A stretch of 64,000 bases of DNA from Naegleria gruberi (GCA_000004985.1 GG738904.1); one strand, 5' to 3'; shown: positions 42,648 through 55,147, counted from the stretch's first letter. Notes: generated from the sequence alone by a model not told the origin. Made by a program: numbers and translations.

Positions 42648-44645
42648 ATGTCTTCTGCAACAACCAGCAAGAAAAAGAAGACCAAACTTTCACTGGAGGA
42701 ATTTTGTAAAATCAATGGAATTGAAACACCTTTAGAACAATCTAAACAACAAGCGGAAGCAGCTGAAGAGGAAGTTGTTTATGTTGTTGATAATTCTTCA
42801 TCATCAAAGAAGAAGAACAAGGCTTTGAAACAAGGCGATAAGAATAGACACACATCGAGGAATACTTCAGTAATTTCATATATTCAAGATGATTTTGAAG
42901 GAGATGTTTTATATGATTATTATGATATCGGAGATGATAGTGATGAAGATGATGACGTTGTTATTGTTCCTTCATCAACCGATTTAGTCCATCGTGATTT
43001 ATTAACTGAAAATCAAAACCTCATAATGTCTTCAGGAAATAGTACTGCTTTGGAGAATGCAGGTTTTTCAAGAGATAATGTTGCTGGATCATCAGCCTCT
43101 TCATCTTCTTTAACTAGTAATAATGTCAATTCTAAACATTCAGGAAGAATTAACCTTTCAACATCCATAAGAACAGATATTTCCAAGGTTGAAAAGAAGG
43201 AACTCAACTCTAGAATTAAATTAGCTGATAAATTGGAAGCAAGAGCAACAGTTGAACAAGTTATTGATACTAGAACAAGAATGATTCTTTTCAAATTGAT
43301 GAATAATGGTTTCTTCTACTCTGTCAATGGTTGTGTTTCAACAGGTAAAGAAGCTAACGTTTATATTGCTTATGGTGACAAGGAGGAAGAAAATTCCGAA
43401 AAGCAATATGCTGTGAAAATTTACAAAACTTCAATTTTGGTTTTTAAGGACAGAGATCGTTATGTTACTGGTGAATATAGATTTAAATCTGGTTATTCTA
43501 AACACAATCCAAGAAAAATGGTTAGAGTTTGGGCTGAAAAGGAAATGAGAAATTTGAGAAGATTAGAAAATGTTGGTATTCCATGTCCATCAGTTCATGT
43601 TCTCAAACAACACGTTCTTGTCATGTCATTTATTGGTAAGAATGGTTGGCCAGCTCCTAGACTGAAAGATGCCAAGTTGACTGAAAGCAAATATAGAGAA
43701 ATTTATTTGGACATTATCAAATCTATGCGTACAATGTATCAAAAGGCCAAACTTGTACACGGTGACTTGAGCGAATATAACATGTTATACTTTAAGGGAA
43801 GAGTTTATATTATTGATGTTTCTCAGAGTGTTGAAAATGACCATCCAAATGCTCTCGAGTTTTTAAGAAAGGATTGTGAAAATATCAAGAACTTTTTCTA
43901 CAAGAATGGTTTGACAAATATTATGACCACTAGAGAATTGTTCGATTTTGTTACTGATATTACCTTGAGAGATGAACAAATTGATTCATACTTGGAAACC
44001 ATGATGGAAAAGATTCAAGACAGAGCTCCAATTACAGCTAAGGAAGAAGTCGATGCTGAAGTTTTCAAACAAGTATATATTCCACGTACATTGGGTGAAA
44101 TTATGGACTATGAGGCCCATCGTGATAAGGTAGAAATGCAGGAAAACACTGACGATATTTTCTACAGAAGTGTTACAGGTATCAATATGAACCTAGATGG
44201 TGCTGCCACTACACCATACGGTCTTACGGAACAAGAAGCTCAACAACTTGAGGGTCAAGAAGAGGCCAATACCTCAACACCATCACAGACAGAAGCCAGC
44301 AGTGCTACTACTGTGGAACCTCCTGTTATTGTTGCATCATCTGAGGAAACACCTCAACCAGAAGAGCAACAAACAACAAGCAGTAGCATTCCAGAGCAAC
44401 CAACAAATGAAACAGCACCTGGTGGTGAAGACAATGATGAAGAAGAATTAATCATTGACGATTCTAGCTCAGAAGAGGAAGATGGAAAGAAAGGTAAAAA
44501 GAAGAAGCCACCTCTTCCAGATCTTTCTGCCATGACTAAGGAAGAACGTAAGAAATGGGTAAAGGAGTACAACAGAGAAAGAAGAAAGACTAAGATTCCA
44601 AAGAAGGTCAAAAAGAAGCTGGAAAAGAAACATAAGAGTAAATAA
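42648..44645 (+). CDS. RIO1: RIO1-family atypical serine kinase with long N- and C-terminal low-complexity extensions
   Basis: RIO domain has VNGCVSTGKEANVYIA (ATP-binding loop), LVHGDLSEYNMLY (catalytic loop) and IIDVSQSVE (metal-binding). Basic K-rich C-terminus. Single exon, 665 aa. Confidence 0.9.
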   Translation: MSSATTSKKKKTKLSLEEFCKINGIETPLEQSKQQAEAAEEEVVYVVDNSSSSKKKNKALKQGDKNRHTSRNTSVISYIQDDFEGDVLYDYYDIGDDSDEDDDVVIVPSSTDLVHRDLLTENQNLIMSSGNSTALENAGFSRDNVAGSSASSSSLTSNNVNSKHSGRINLSTSIRTDISKVEKKELNSRIKLADKLEARATVEQVIDTRTRMILFKLMNNGFFYSVNGCVSTGKEANVYIAYGDKEEENSEKQYAVKIYKTSILVFKDRDRYVTGEYRFKSGYSKHNPRKMVRVWAEKEMRNLRRLENVGIPCPSVHVLKQHVLVMSFIGKNGWPAPRLKDAKLTESKYREIYLDIIKSMRTMYQKAKLVHGDLSEYNMLYFKGRVYIIDVSQSVENDHPNALEFLRKDCENIKNFFYKNGLTNIMTTRELFDFVTDITLRDEQIDSYLETMMEKIQDRAPITAKEEVDAEVFKQVYIPRTLGEIMDYEAHRDKVEMQENTDDIFYRSVTGINMNLDGAATTPYGLTEQEAQQLEGQEEANTSTPSQTEASSATTVEPPVIVASSEETPQPEEQQTTSSSIPEQPTNETAPGGEDNDEEELIIDDSSSEEEDGKKGKKKKPPLPDLSAMTKEERKKWVKEYNRERRKTKIPKKVKKKLEKKHKSK

Positions 44646-44962
44646 ATTTACCTTGTCCATATTAATGCTGGTCAACATTTAAAGATCTGTGACCTATTTT
44701 GTTCTGTGCTACTGAGCGATTCTCTCAATATCGGAGTTCAAAACTTTTTCACACAATAATCAAAGTGCTACCACAACGACAACAAACAATGCCATCATAT
44801 TTTGCTGAACAACCATCCATACCAATATCAATCTATGGTTTCGCTAATTTAGAGAGTTATCCCACCTCACAAACAGCATTTCAAAAAAAACCTTCACTCA
44901 CACTTATCTTCATCTCTTCACTTATCTTACGAAATTAATTTTCAAAACTCCTTGAAAAAAAA

Positions 44963-46845
44963 ATGATCGGCAACTCCTTCGTAGCGACGACGCAATCAGC
45001 AGGATATTCCACGGTGATGATGAGGACGAATAAAAATCATAAAAGTGGTGGTGGTGATGGTGGTCATCTTCGTCTTTTTGATGGTCCTGTAGGCTATTTA
45101 ATGATGATTGCTGTTGTGATCGTGTTATTGTCAATGATGGTCTCATCTACGGAGGCTTTTAATATTGGAGCAAAGCCTACAGTATTAAATCCCAAGTTGG
45201 TGAAAATTTTGGGTAATAATTGTACAGCAGAGTCTGTGGAAAGAGACTGTGGAGGAATGATGACTTTGGTCTGTATTGAAGGAAGGTGTTCATTGTGTAA
45301 TGAATCAGTTCAATGCAGCTCACAGATTGATTCCGTATACAGTTGTAAATTTATGGGTAATTATGCTAATATGACAAACTATACTTCATCAGGAGGTGTT
45401 TGTGCACACAAGGATTTGGGTGATTTCTTTAGTTTGTTTGATTTATTTTCAGTTTTGACCAATTTCATTGGTTCTGTTTTGAGTAGTGCTGGTGGTACAG
45501 GAGGTGGTGGTGTTTTCGTTCCTCTCTTGCACGTTCTTGGTCGTTTCAATGCTCAGGAAGCTGTTCCATTGTCAAAAGTCATGATTTTCGGTGCTGCTGT
45601 CACTAATGTTTTCACATTATTCTTTAGATCTCACCCAGTAAGTGTTTTTTTTGAAATGTGTGAAAATTAATTTCTGATAATTTTATAGTATGCCGACAGA
45701 CCATTGATTGATTATGATATTGCTTTAATGATGGAACCTGCAACCTTATTGGGTACAATTATTGGCGTATTTTTGAATATCATTTGTCCAGAATGGGTTA
45801 TTGTCCTTTCTGTTATTATTGTCTTGACAATTACAACAATCTTGACATTTAGAAAGTTTTTCCAAAGAGCTAGAGTTGAATTTGCATTTTTATGGAAGAA
45901 AAAGAAAAAGGATGAAGAAACTGAACCATTGAATAAGGAACAAGAACCTATTGTTTCCGAAAATAAGGAAGAGGAACAAGCTCAAGGTTACGGATCTGTT
46001 AATAAGGAAGAAGAATCGCTTGTTAATACTCAACCAATTTTCGTTTCTCAACAAGTAGCTGAAAAGGACTTTGTCAAGCCATCAGCATGGACAATTGTTA
46101 AGAAAACTCCATATTGGAAGATTTTTGTTTTGATTGTTTGTTGGATTATTATTTTCACTTTGAGTTTATTGAGAGGTGGTGAAGGTGCTCCTTCCGTTAT
46201 TCCTGGTTTGGAAATGTGTAGTCCAGTTTATTGGACTTTGGTCGGATTGAGTTTCCCAATTATTGGTGCAATCATGATAATTGTTGCCGCCTACTTGCTT
46301 ATTGATTACAGAAGAAAGGTCAAGAGAGGTCACGTATTTGTTCAAGGAGATGTTAAATGGAATTGGATTAACGTTACTTTCTATCCTGGTGCTTGTTTGA
46401 TTGCTGGTATTTTAGCTGCCATGTTGGGTATTGGAGGTGGTATGATCAAGTCTCCACTCTTGCTCTTGTTGGGATCTGACCCTGCTGTCGGTGCTGCCAC
46501 TGCTGCTTTCAGTAAGTTTTATAATTTCAAATGATGAAGATAACAATTATTTTAGTGATCTTCTTTACTTCTTCAATTTCCTCTGCTCAATTTGCTATTG
46601 TTGGTAGAATTCCATTCGATTACGGAATGCTGTATGGTCTTACTGGATTTGTCAGTGGTTTTGTTGGTTATTTCTTTGTCACTTTTGGTGTTGAAAGATG
46701 GGGTAAGAGATCACTTATCATTTTGTGTGTTGGTCTCGTTTTGCTCTTTGCCACAATGCTTATGGGTGGTGTTGGTATTTATGATGTTGTTATTGATCTC
46801 CAACAAGGTGTATACATGGGCTTCCATGATCCATGCAGAGCTTAA
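44963..46845 (+). CDS. TauE/SafE (TSUP, DUF81) family anion-exporter-like membrane protein; join(44963..45637, 45689..46511, 46556..46845)
   Basis: Two TSUP half-domains. GGTGGGGVFVPLLHVLGRFNAQEAVPLSKVMIFGAAVTN ...FRSHP|YADRPLIDYDIALMMEPATLLGTIIG... and later GIGGGMIKSPLLLLLGSDPAVGAATAAF|MIFFTSSISSAQFAIVGRIPFDYGMLYGLTGFVSGFVG. Introns of 51 and 44 nt (GTAAGT..TATAG, GTAAGT..TTTTAG). 596 codons in frame. Confidence 0.8.
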
Positions 46846-46935
46846 TCAGTTTAATTTATTTTATGTAATCTATTACCATTTTTGAAATTGTAACTAAAAA
46901 ATTCATAATTTTTCTTTATATTTTACTCTAGTTTA

Positions 46936-48066
46936 TTAAGCATTCTCGATTTTGCAAATTTTGTGAATCTTGTTGATTGAGTCAATTGTAAATGTTACTT
47001 TGACCCTATCCACAAGCAGCTCGTGCTCATCCTCAATCTCATTATTCTTTGTCTTTTTGTAATTACTTCTAATGTCTTGGGATAATACTTGAGTTAAAAA
47101 TTCAATAAATTCGTCCAATTCTTTCTTCTTATCAAAGAATTCCAAAGTATGAATACGTTCTTTGAGCTGTGTTGTGGCCAGCTCTGAAAATTCCACTTTA
47201 AATTTCTCAACATTTTCAACTGGATCTTTGATCCATTCAGGAACTTTAACATTTGCAAAGTTATCGTATCCATCAATGTATGGTTTGATATCAAGAACAG
47301 CTGTACCATCTACGAGATCAGTTCCCTTCAAATGAAGTGTTCCATCACTATCAATACGATCAATTTCCACGATACTCAATCCAATAGCATTATATCTATG
47401 AGGAGTTCCTGAATATTGTTAGTTCCATAATTCTAAATTGAAAAACCTACTTGAAGCATAAATACCAATCTTCTTATTTCCCAATCTTGGTGGTCTAATC
47501 TTGGCTTTAATTGCATTTTGGCTATCTGTTTCAGCTCCTTTTGTTAAATTTGTATTCAAGTTGAATTGGAAAATAATATAACAATGAGAGTATTCACCCA
47601 AACCATCCATAGATGAAGAAGGATTACAATGAGGTAAAAGTTTCAAAATTGCTCTTCCCTTATTTACATAATAAGGTTGTCTAGGACATCCATTTCTAGT
47701 CTTGTACACTGATCTCAAATATCCAATAGGTTTAATAGGTAAAAATGGAAATGGTTCAGAACTTGATGATTTTTCAACTTCAGTTGTTACTACTTCTGAA
47801 GAAGGTGTCGAGTTGATTAACAATTTTTGTTCAATTTCTCTGATTTTTTGTTCAGCTCGCACTCTTCCAGTTCTTTCCATTTGTCTATTTGTTGTTTCCT
47901 TCTCCAATTGAATTTTAATTTTCATATATTCTCTATAAATATAAATTATCACTGAAAGTAATATTACAATGACTGATGTGACAATATAAATTAAATGTTC
48001 ATTTAAAAATCCTTCTCCGAATAAATTATTTGATGACAAAATTGTTCCTTCTTCTTGTTGCGACAT
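46936..48066 (-). CDS. TrmO/TsaA-like tRNA methyltransferase with N-terminal TM segment; join(complement 47451..48066, complement 46936..47408), 42-nt intron
   Basis: TsaA core GYLRSVYKTRNGCPRQP...GRAILKL..., then ...IGIYASR|TPHRYNAIGLSIVEIDRIDSDGTLHLKGTDLVDGTAVLDIKPYI (cf. ATRSPHRPNPIGLS...LDGTPVLDIKPY). Donor A|GTAGGT, acceptor ATTCAG|. An N-terminal hydrophobic helix LIYIVTSVIVILLSVIIYIY precedes the domain. 363 codons. Confidence 0.8.
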
Positions 48067-48120
48067 TTTTTTTTTAAATTTCACAATTCAATTAATTGTG
48101 AAACTATTGAATCAAATAAA

Positions 48121-48722
48121 TTAATTTTTATTCCAAAACCTTGAGAGTGGAGAGCTCTTTTCATTATTGTTGTTACTATCAGGGGATTCTTCCTTATCAT
48201 TTTCATCTCGTGACTCTTTTTTAAATCTATCAAAAAAGCTAGTTTCATCATCATCCGATTTGTCCGATTTGTTATTGTTGGTGGTGGATGGTATTTCAGC
48301 AGCTCCAGCCATAACAGAACCTGTTTCCAATGCTGATGATGTCACTCCAGGTGTCACTATTGAAGATAATGTTGTTGTTTGTTGATTTGGGGATGTGAGT
48401 GACACAAATCGTTTGATAGCCGAACGACGTCCATGAAACCGTCCTATTGAGTATCCCAATAATGCAGAACTAGCCATAAACAAGGCAATCATTGACACAT
48501 CCGAGGTCTTTTTCCCAAAATTTGAAATATCAGCATGTAATTGTTGTTCCTGAGAAATTGTCTGATTCAACTCTCGTAATTGTTCCTCCAATTTCTGTTG
48601 ATGTCTCATTCTCTGTACATAACCCAAGTAGGCTGCCATACATGATAAAGCAGTAGCAGTAAACGAGAGAAGATTCTTGTGATTCTCGAAAACTGTCCTA
48701 TACCTCTCATAGGCTGTTTTAA
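48121..48722 (-). CDS. Hypothetical membrane protein with acidic S/D-rich C-terminus
   Basis: ATG at 48722 (MSKVKTAYERYR...). Two hydrophobic segments. No recognisable domain. Confidence 0.45.
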
Positions 48723-49117
48723 CTTTGCTCATTTTCCAATTATTCCGATCCAAAATCAATTAATTGATTTAATATTTAAATATTCCTTTTTGTTTGTTAA
48801 ATCTTGATGATAAAAACAAAGATGATAAGAAAATTTCAAAGCCTTCTTGGTGGCGCCTTTTTTTTTTTTAAAATTTCTAAAAAAAAAATTAATTTTGATT
48901 GAAACCTTTTCGCCTTTTTGGAATCGCTTTTTTGCCAAGAAGAAATTTTAGCCTTTGAAATTTTAACATCATTAGCCTCCTTCTAATAATATTGAATATT
49001 GATTGTAGATATAAATTTGAAAAGAGAGGTTTCGAGGCCATTTAAAAACGGTTTGATTTGGACAAGGCTTTAATTTATTTGTAGAATAATAATTATTGAG
49101 GAAAAAAGTTTTTCGGA

Positions 49118-50343
49118 ATGATTGATGGTGGTGATTTAGGGTCTAGTAGTAGTGGTGGTGGTAGTTGGAATAATATTATGAATGGAATAATTGTGGATTT
49201 GATGATGATGGAAAAACAACAGGTGTTTAATTTTGTAGATGATAATAATAATACACATGATACTCCACCACCTGTTTGTTTGAGTGATGAAACTTGTAAT
49301 TTAGGAACACGTAAGTGTTTGATTGTATTGGAAATTAATTGAGATTTTTCGGAATTGTAGAAGTTCCAGTTTATGTTTTTCTAGGATTAATGATTGCTGC
49401 ATTTAGTGTGGCTGCATTATTTAATTTTGCACTAACTATTCGAGAAATAATTCACAAATCGATATTCAAATCGAGGCTGATTTTCTATATATTAACTTTA
49501 ATTTATTTAATTGCTAAACTGGTATTCTTTCTAACTCATCTGGGAGCAAAAATTGGAGGATTGTCTCCTAAACAAGTGGATGGAAATAATGATTTCAATC
49601 CTCATATCTACCTTTCTACTCATATCATATGGTTTTGGAGTGGAACATTATTCTCGAGTGCATTCCTGTGTTTGTGTATTAATTATACGGAAATTTATCT
49701 CTATTCACAGGGGATTTCAATAGAGTTTGCAAAGGAACAGACAAAAAAGCTGAAAATGGGTGTTATTTCAGTAATTACCATGATTCACATTGTAGATCTC
49801 ATTCTCTTTGTTTCTATGATTGTTTTCTTCCATTTAGGAGACCCATATATGGTGAAAGCAGTCCTAGTATTTCAATTACTGTTCAATATAGCACTGAGCA
49901 TTCTAGTTGTTAGCTTTTTCATTTTGTGGATTTATGTGAGCAGGAAATTTTTAGAGTGGAAAGGGATGCACTCTCACGAAAGATATATTATTCTGACAAA
50001 GAAACTATTTTTTGTGGCATGCTTTTTTGTCTGCCTTATTATCCTTAAAGCTCTTGCAAATATTTTCCTCACAACCTATGTTTCTCTGTGTGGACCTATT
50101 TGTGTGAATGTGCAGATTATATTGAATAGTTGTACGTGCTCTGTTGGAGATTTGATTCCACTCCTCTCCCTGTATTATACATTCTGGTTCTTTGATAAAC
50201 CAAAAAAGAAAGAAGGAGAAAATAACAACTTGCTTATTCCAGTACCTAAGAACAACACTGAAACTGCTTTGAGAACACTTCATAACACCTCACTGTCTTC
50301 CCTTCCAGTAGATGTTCAATTAATAGACGACTATGAGGAATAA
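49118..50343 (+). CDS. Hypothetical 7-TM (GPCR-like topology) membrane protein; join(49118..49310, 49361..50343)
   Basis: Exon 1 MIDGGDLGSSSSGGG...ETCNLGT, donor C|GTAAGT, 50-nt intron, acceptor TTGTAG|. Exon 2 is in frame (Q)VPVYVFLGLMIAAFSVAALF... with about 7 hydrophobic helices and a cytoplasmic tail. 392 codons. Confidence 0.5.
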
Positions 50344-50400
50344 GTTAAATAATTTAATGGGTATGTGTTAATTAAAAATTGAAATATATCTACATGTTGC

Positions 50401-51909
50401 CTAGAGCTTGAGTTTTTTCATGGAAATTCCATTCACAGAAACCTTATCAGTTTCAGTAGGTTGTTGAGTTGTGGCCTTACTCATTGATAAGGTTGGAATG
50501 AATGGTTTTGTACTTGGTTGAGGTTTAGCACCTGCAAGATTAAGAGATAGAGCTGGAATAACTGGTTTTGTGGAAGGTTTAACTTCTTTTGGTGGTTCGT
50601 CTTCAATGTCATCTTCACTTGAATAGTCGCTATCATCTGATGCTGGGTCATCCTTTTCACTGAGATCTTCTTCTGAAAACTGTTTTTCTTCTAATTTCTC
50701 CAAGTTGTTTTGGTCTTGAAGGAGAAATGCTGAAGCAGTAGGTGATAGAGAATATCCACTTCCACTATGTACAATTGAGTCAACCTTGCTTCCAGGAATA
50801 CTCATTTTTGGAACTGCAAGATTATTGGTTGGTAAATTGGTGGTATTTGTAGTATTTGAGGAATTTGTATCTTTGGTAGGAATATTCAATTTAAAGGAAG
50901 GTGGAACAGTTGCATTGTTCGTATTAAGTTTGAGAGAAGGTATTCCAAGTTTTGTTGGTTCTGGTTTTTGTGCTTCTCCTCCATCACTTTCATCACTTGA
51001 ATACTCATCAGAGTCTTCTGTTGGTGAAGTGACAGCTGTTGTGGTAATAGGTGTTGTGATTGGTTTTGGTTGAGTATTTGCAGATCCTATACCTGAAAGT
51101 TTAGGTATTGGGAATGACATAGGTACTGGTTTTACATTATCTTGTTGTGTATTGGTTACTTCATTTGTTGAACTATTTGGTTGATTTGTATTTTCTGGAG
51201 TTCCAACACTATGTAAATTATCCACATTTAAAGCAACAGAAGTTGTCAAATACTTTTGAGGAGAGAATCCCAATGAGCTCATCATGTTTAAAAAACCTGT
51301 TATGAATGCAACAGCAAAATCATGAATAACTTCAGTTGGAACTACTTCATCCAAATCCTCTTCATCACGAGGCATCAATCCTTTTTCTTCTCCGACAGCT
51401 TGCATTAAATCAATAAATTGTTGAGTTGAAATACCATATAATTCCTTGATTGACAATAATTCATAAATTACACTCGCAGTATCAATGCTCACCCAATGAG
51501 TTTTTGGATGTTTTGGTAGTTTTATAATATGTCCAACAGAAAACACACGAACAAACCAATCTCCAAAAACCTTTTTTCCATTTCTTGCTGTATTAATTTG
51601 TTTCCACATATGAAGAGTACATTGGGCTTGTAATTCACTTTTAAAACCATGTTGATCGGTTTTTAAATGCTCCGTCACTGATCCACACCAATCAGTAAAT
51701 TTCATTAAATCATCAAGACTAAATTTTCCATTCTTATCAAAATCTAACATGAACAAAACTGCGAGTTTTTTAAAATCAATAGGATATTCATCGAGTGATT
51801 GTAATTTTTTAGCTTCCTCTATTGTCAAGTATTCCCTCTCCGGTTTTTTCTTTACGAGTTGATATTGTTTTTGTACGTGGGAACGAATTGTTGTATTGAT
51901 TTGTCCCAT
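50401..51909 (-). CDS. N-myristoylation-motif EF-hand protein with S/T/P/N-rich C-terminal half
   Basis: MGQINTT start (Gly2, Thr6). One canonical EF-hand loop DFDKNGKFSLDDL. The C-terminal ~250 aa is low complexity. Confidence 0.55.
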   Translation of the reverse strand: MGQINTTIRSHVQKQYQLVKKKPEREYLTIEEAKKLQSLDEYPIDFKKLAVLFMLDFDKNGKFSLDDLMKFTDWCGSVTEHLKTDQHGFKSELQAQCTLHMWKQINTARNGKKVFGDWFVRVFSVGHIIKLPKHPKTHWVSIDTASVIYELLSIKELYGISTQQFIDLMQAVGEEKGLMPRDEEDLDEVVPTEVIHDFAVAFITGFLNMMSSLGFSPQKYLTTSVALNVDNLHSVGTPENTNQPNSSTNEVTNTQQDNVKPVPMSFPIPKLSGIGSANTQPKPITTPITTTAVTSPTEDSDEYSSDESDGGEAQKPEPTKLGIPSLKLNTNNATVPPSFKLNIPTKDTNSSNTTNTTNLPTNNLAVPKMSIPGSKVDSIVHSGSGYSLSPTASAFLLQDQNNLEKLEEKQFSEEDLSEKDDPASDDSDYSSEDDIEDEPPKEVKPSTKPVIPALSLNLAGAKPQPSTKPFIPTLSMSKATTQQPTETDKVSVNGISMKKLKL

Positions 51910-52191
51910 TTTTTTTAATTGGTTATATTTGAATTTATCAAGTTGATGCCATCAGAGAGGATGATGAAGTGATGATTACCGAATCCACACATCACAATGA
52001 TGAATTTAATTTATTCGAACGTTGGACAATTTGGATAATGACTCGATGAAAATTAATGTTTTTTGAGAGGTGATGATGGTATCATACCTGGGTGGTTTCA
52101 TGTTGTTTTAGCATTGTTATTCGAAAGCAATAAATAGGAGAGGTTTATTTTACATTAAAAATCGATATTAATTCAAAATTGTGTTAATAAG

Positions 52192-53799
52192 TTATGGTCG
52201 TTTAAATCTGACAACAATGGCACTAATATTGTCGTTACTTCCCTTCTTATTGAAAGCATAATCTCTAAGTTTAGTACTGGCTGTAATTGGATTAGTTTCG
52301 TCTCTAATTTCTCTTACAGCTTCTTCCTCGGAAACAAAATCAAAAACACCATCACAAGCAATAATCATAAATTCATCCTTTTCACACAATCTTATGGCTT
52401 GTGTATGAGGATCAGAAATTACACCTGGATGGAAAGTTTTATCACCAATAGACCTAGAAACAGCAAGGCAAGCACTGATACGATTATTAATTATTGATTT
52501 ACCAGCATCCCTTACACGTCTTCTTTCATCACTATCTGAAGGTCTGTGGTCAACTGTAAGAGTAATTGGTTTACCATCTCGACATAGTACAACTCTGGAA
52601 TCTCCTACATTTCCCACAAAGAGGAATTTAGAATCACGGGTTGGCATGTACACTAAAGTTGCTGTTGAACCATCTACACTATTTTGCTCACAAACAAGTT
52701 CGTCAGCCTCAAGGAATGATTCCCTAATGATTATTTGAATAGCATCAACTGATGACATTCTCAAAATATCAAACTGTTCCACAGCTCTTTCTTCAGAAAG
52801 TTTTTGTTCGGCTTCTTTTTCCATAAAATGTTTCCTCAATAACTTGGTTAATGATTTTGCTTCCTCTCTAATTAAAGCTCTAGAATTATAATCTTCAAAA
52901 TATCTTGTTAATAAATTTTCATATTTTGTCAACTTGTCAAGGAAGACAGAATGTAAAATTTCTGATGCTTGCTTTGAGGCTTTTGAACCACCATGACCAT
53001 CAAATAAACCAATACAAGTTTCGTTTAAAACACCCATGTCACTTGTAAATGATCTAAATGACATGTTACAGTATAAAGCATCTTCCATTGATGGACGAGT
53101 GCCTTGAAATTCACAATAACCAGCTGTCAACCAGTCATTCTCTTCAATTTTACTTGCTTGAGAATCGTGCTGTTTAATGGTTGATTGAATTAAAATTCAA
53201 TAAATACTTACTCTTTGAGCAGTTCTTGGATTTCCTCTCTTTCTATTTCTATTTCTTTCTTGTGCTAATTTAAATAATGCTTCATCATCATTAATAACAT
53301 CAAGAATAGTTGCTGCAGGTTTCGATTCATCACCACTATTTGTTGGATTAGTTTGAACATTATCGACTGATGTTACAATTGTTTCAGCACTGGTAGAAGT
53401 AGAAATAGGTTGTTCTGTAGCAGAGGAGGAGGTTGTTGATGGTTGTTCAATAGTTGTTGATGGAGATGTGTTGGAATTTTCTAAAGTAGTGGTGGTTGAT
53501 AAGAAAGGGGCTGTTCCTCTCAAGATCGTTCCACTTCTACCTCCCCTTCCTCTCGAAGGAGGAGGTCCCTGAGTTGCCGCAGAAGAAGAAGAATTGATCT
53601 TATTCTCACTGTTCATTGTTGAAGTTTGTTCAGCTGTACTCGTTGTTGAAGAGGAGGATGAAGAATTTTCGTTATTATTATTCTCTGATGAAAGTAAAGA
53701 TTCGTTCCTCTGTTGATGTTGTTGTTGTTGATGGAAAGACGTCTCGGCTATTTCTCCCTTGGAGCTTTCCGAGTCAATGTTCGTAATGACTTGACTCAT
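52192..53799 (-). CDS. PP2C-family Ser/Thr phosphatase with long low-complexity N-terminal exon; join(complement 53212..53799, complement 52192..53169), 42-nt intron
   Basis: PP2C motifs GLFDGHGGSKASKQASE, MPTRDSKFLFVGNVGDSRVV, IIACDGVFD, ...DNISAIVV. Donor AGA|GTAAGT, acceptor AAACAG|, giving ...TAQR|HDSQASKIEENDWLTAGYCEFQGTRPSMEDA in frame. N-terminal exon is Q/N/S/T-rich. 522 codons. Confidence 0.8.
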
Positions 53800-54220
53800 T
53801 TTTAATTATTTGATGTTGATGCTCAAAAGGCATAAGCAGATGATTCGTGCTGTTTTGAGGGGGTTTGTTTGAGCGTTCGTTAAATTTTGATTTAAAAAAA
53901 ACCTGAGAAAAATTGTTTTTTTAATTTTATTATAAAGTCTTAAGGTTTTACCGTACACTACAGAGGTTTTCCAATTTAGCAATGGACTAGAAAGTAGCAG
54001 GTAACGTCCTTTTTTTTGAGGTGAGCCCCAAATCAATGTAATCAGTTGAATATTCCATTGACGGTCGCCCTTATTGAAAAATGCTGGATGATGCAGAAGT
54101 GAAAATTACAAAAGACTCTTATTCTCGCTATCTGTATTATATACTCTTAATTATGGCAATTAAGATGAAATTAAATTAATAATCAAATAATAAAAAGTCA
54201 GGAAAAACAAGAAGAAAAAA

Positions 54221-55147
54221 ATGACTTCGGGAAGAGCAAAGCCAACACCAATATTTCCCTTGACTGCTCAAATAAAACCATCCGATTCATTATTCTTGAA
54301 AAAGTCAAGTGGTGGCGGTGCTAGTAGAAGTAAGAAATCAACCTCATCAAATACAACAACACCACAAAGTTCGGAAAAGAAGTCAACAACGACATCTTCA
54401 TCACAGCGAAAAAGACAACAACAAGGATCATCGTCATCACAGAGAAAAGATAATTCCGATAGTAGCAGTGATGATGAAGAAGCTTCTTTGAGTACATCCA
54501 ATAATAATAACAATACAAGTGGAAATAGATCCAATACTCTGAATAGTAGTGCTGGCTCTACAAGAGATGATTCTCTGCCACCCTCTAATTTATTCACTCG
54601 ATCGAGTAGGAGAAAAAGAGCTCCTGTTGTATTGGACAGCAATTTCTCCTATGAACTTTCAACAGAATCAGAAAAAGAGGAAGAGCAGATCAATAGAAGA
54701 AAGAAACAGAAAAAGACAACAACTGTTTCCAAATCTAAAGCTTCTTCTTCTGCTGCATCAGTTATTTCAGTAGTGAGCGATGATACACCTCCCCCACATA
54801 GTGAAAAATCACAGGAAATGTCTCATTCCAATATTAATGGTAACAGTAATAGGATTTCATCTTCATTTGTAGAGCCAAGATTGGATATTTCAAATACAAG
54901 TCGCAATGCAGAGAAGTCATCGAAAAGTAAGACACCAACCAAATCTCAATCTAAATCATCATTGAACTCTACTCCTGTTGCAGCAATTCCTACCGAAACA
55001 CTAGCCAGTGAGGCACCAGAAGAGCCAGAACTTCCACCTATTCCAAGAGGCAGATCCAGAGCTCTCAAACAATTCAAAGAGCACCAAAATTCACTTTACA
55101 AGATTGTTAAAATATCTTTGGAATCCTTCTCCGATTTGAAGAGGTAG
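54221..55147 (+). CDS. Hypothetical serine-rich, basic low-complexity protein
   Basis: ATG-initiated 308-aa ORF, about 30 percent Ser, with K/R clusters (possible nuclear protein). No recognisable domain. Confidence 0.45.
   Translation: MTSGRAKPTPIFPLTAQIKPSDSLFLKKSSGGGASRSKKSTSSNTTTPQSSEKKSTTTSSSQRKRQQQGSSSSQRKDNSDSSSDDEEASLSTSNNNNNTSGNRSNTLNSSAGSTRDDSLPPSNLFTRSSRRKRAPVVLDSNFSYELSTESEKEEEQINRRKKQKKTTTVSKSKASSSAASVISVVSDDTPPPHSEKSQEMSHSNINGNSNRISSSFVEPRLDISNTSRNAEKSSKSKTPTKSQSKSSLNSTPVAAIPTETLASEAPEEPELPPIPRGRSRALKQFKEHQNSLYKIVKISLESFSDLKR

Noticed and set aside
44197-44678. Short ORFs on both strands inside the RIO1 gene
   Set aside because: Embedded in or antisense to a confidently identified coding region with K/E-rich codon repeats.
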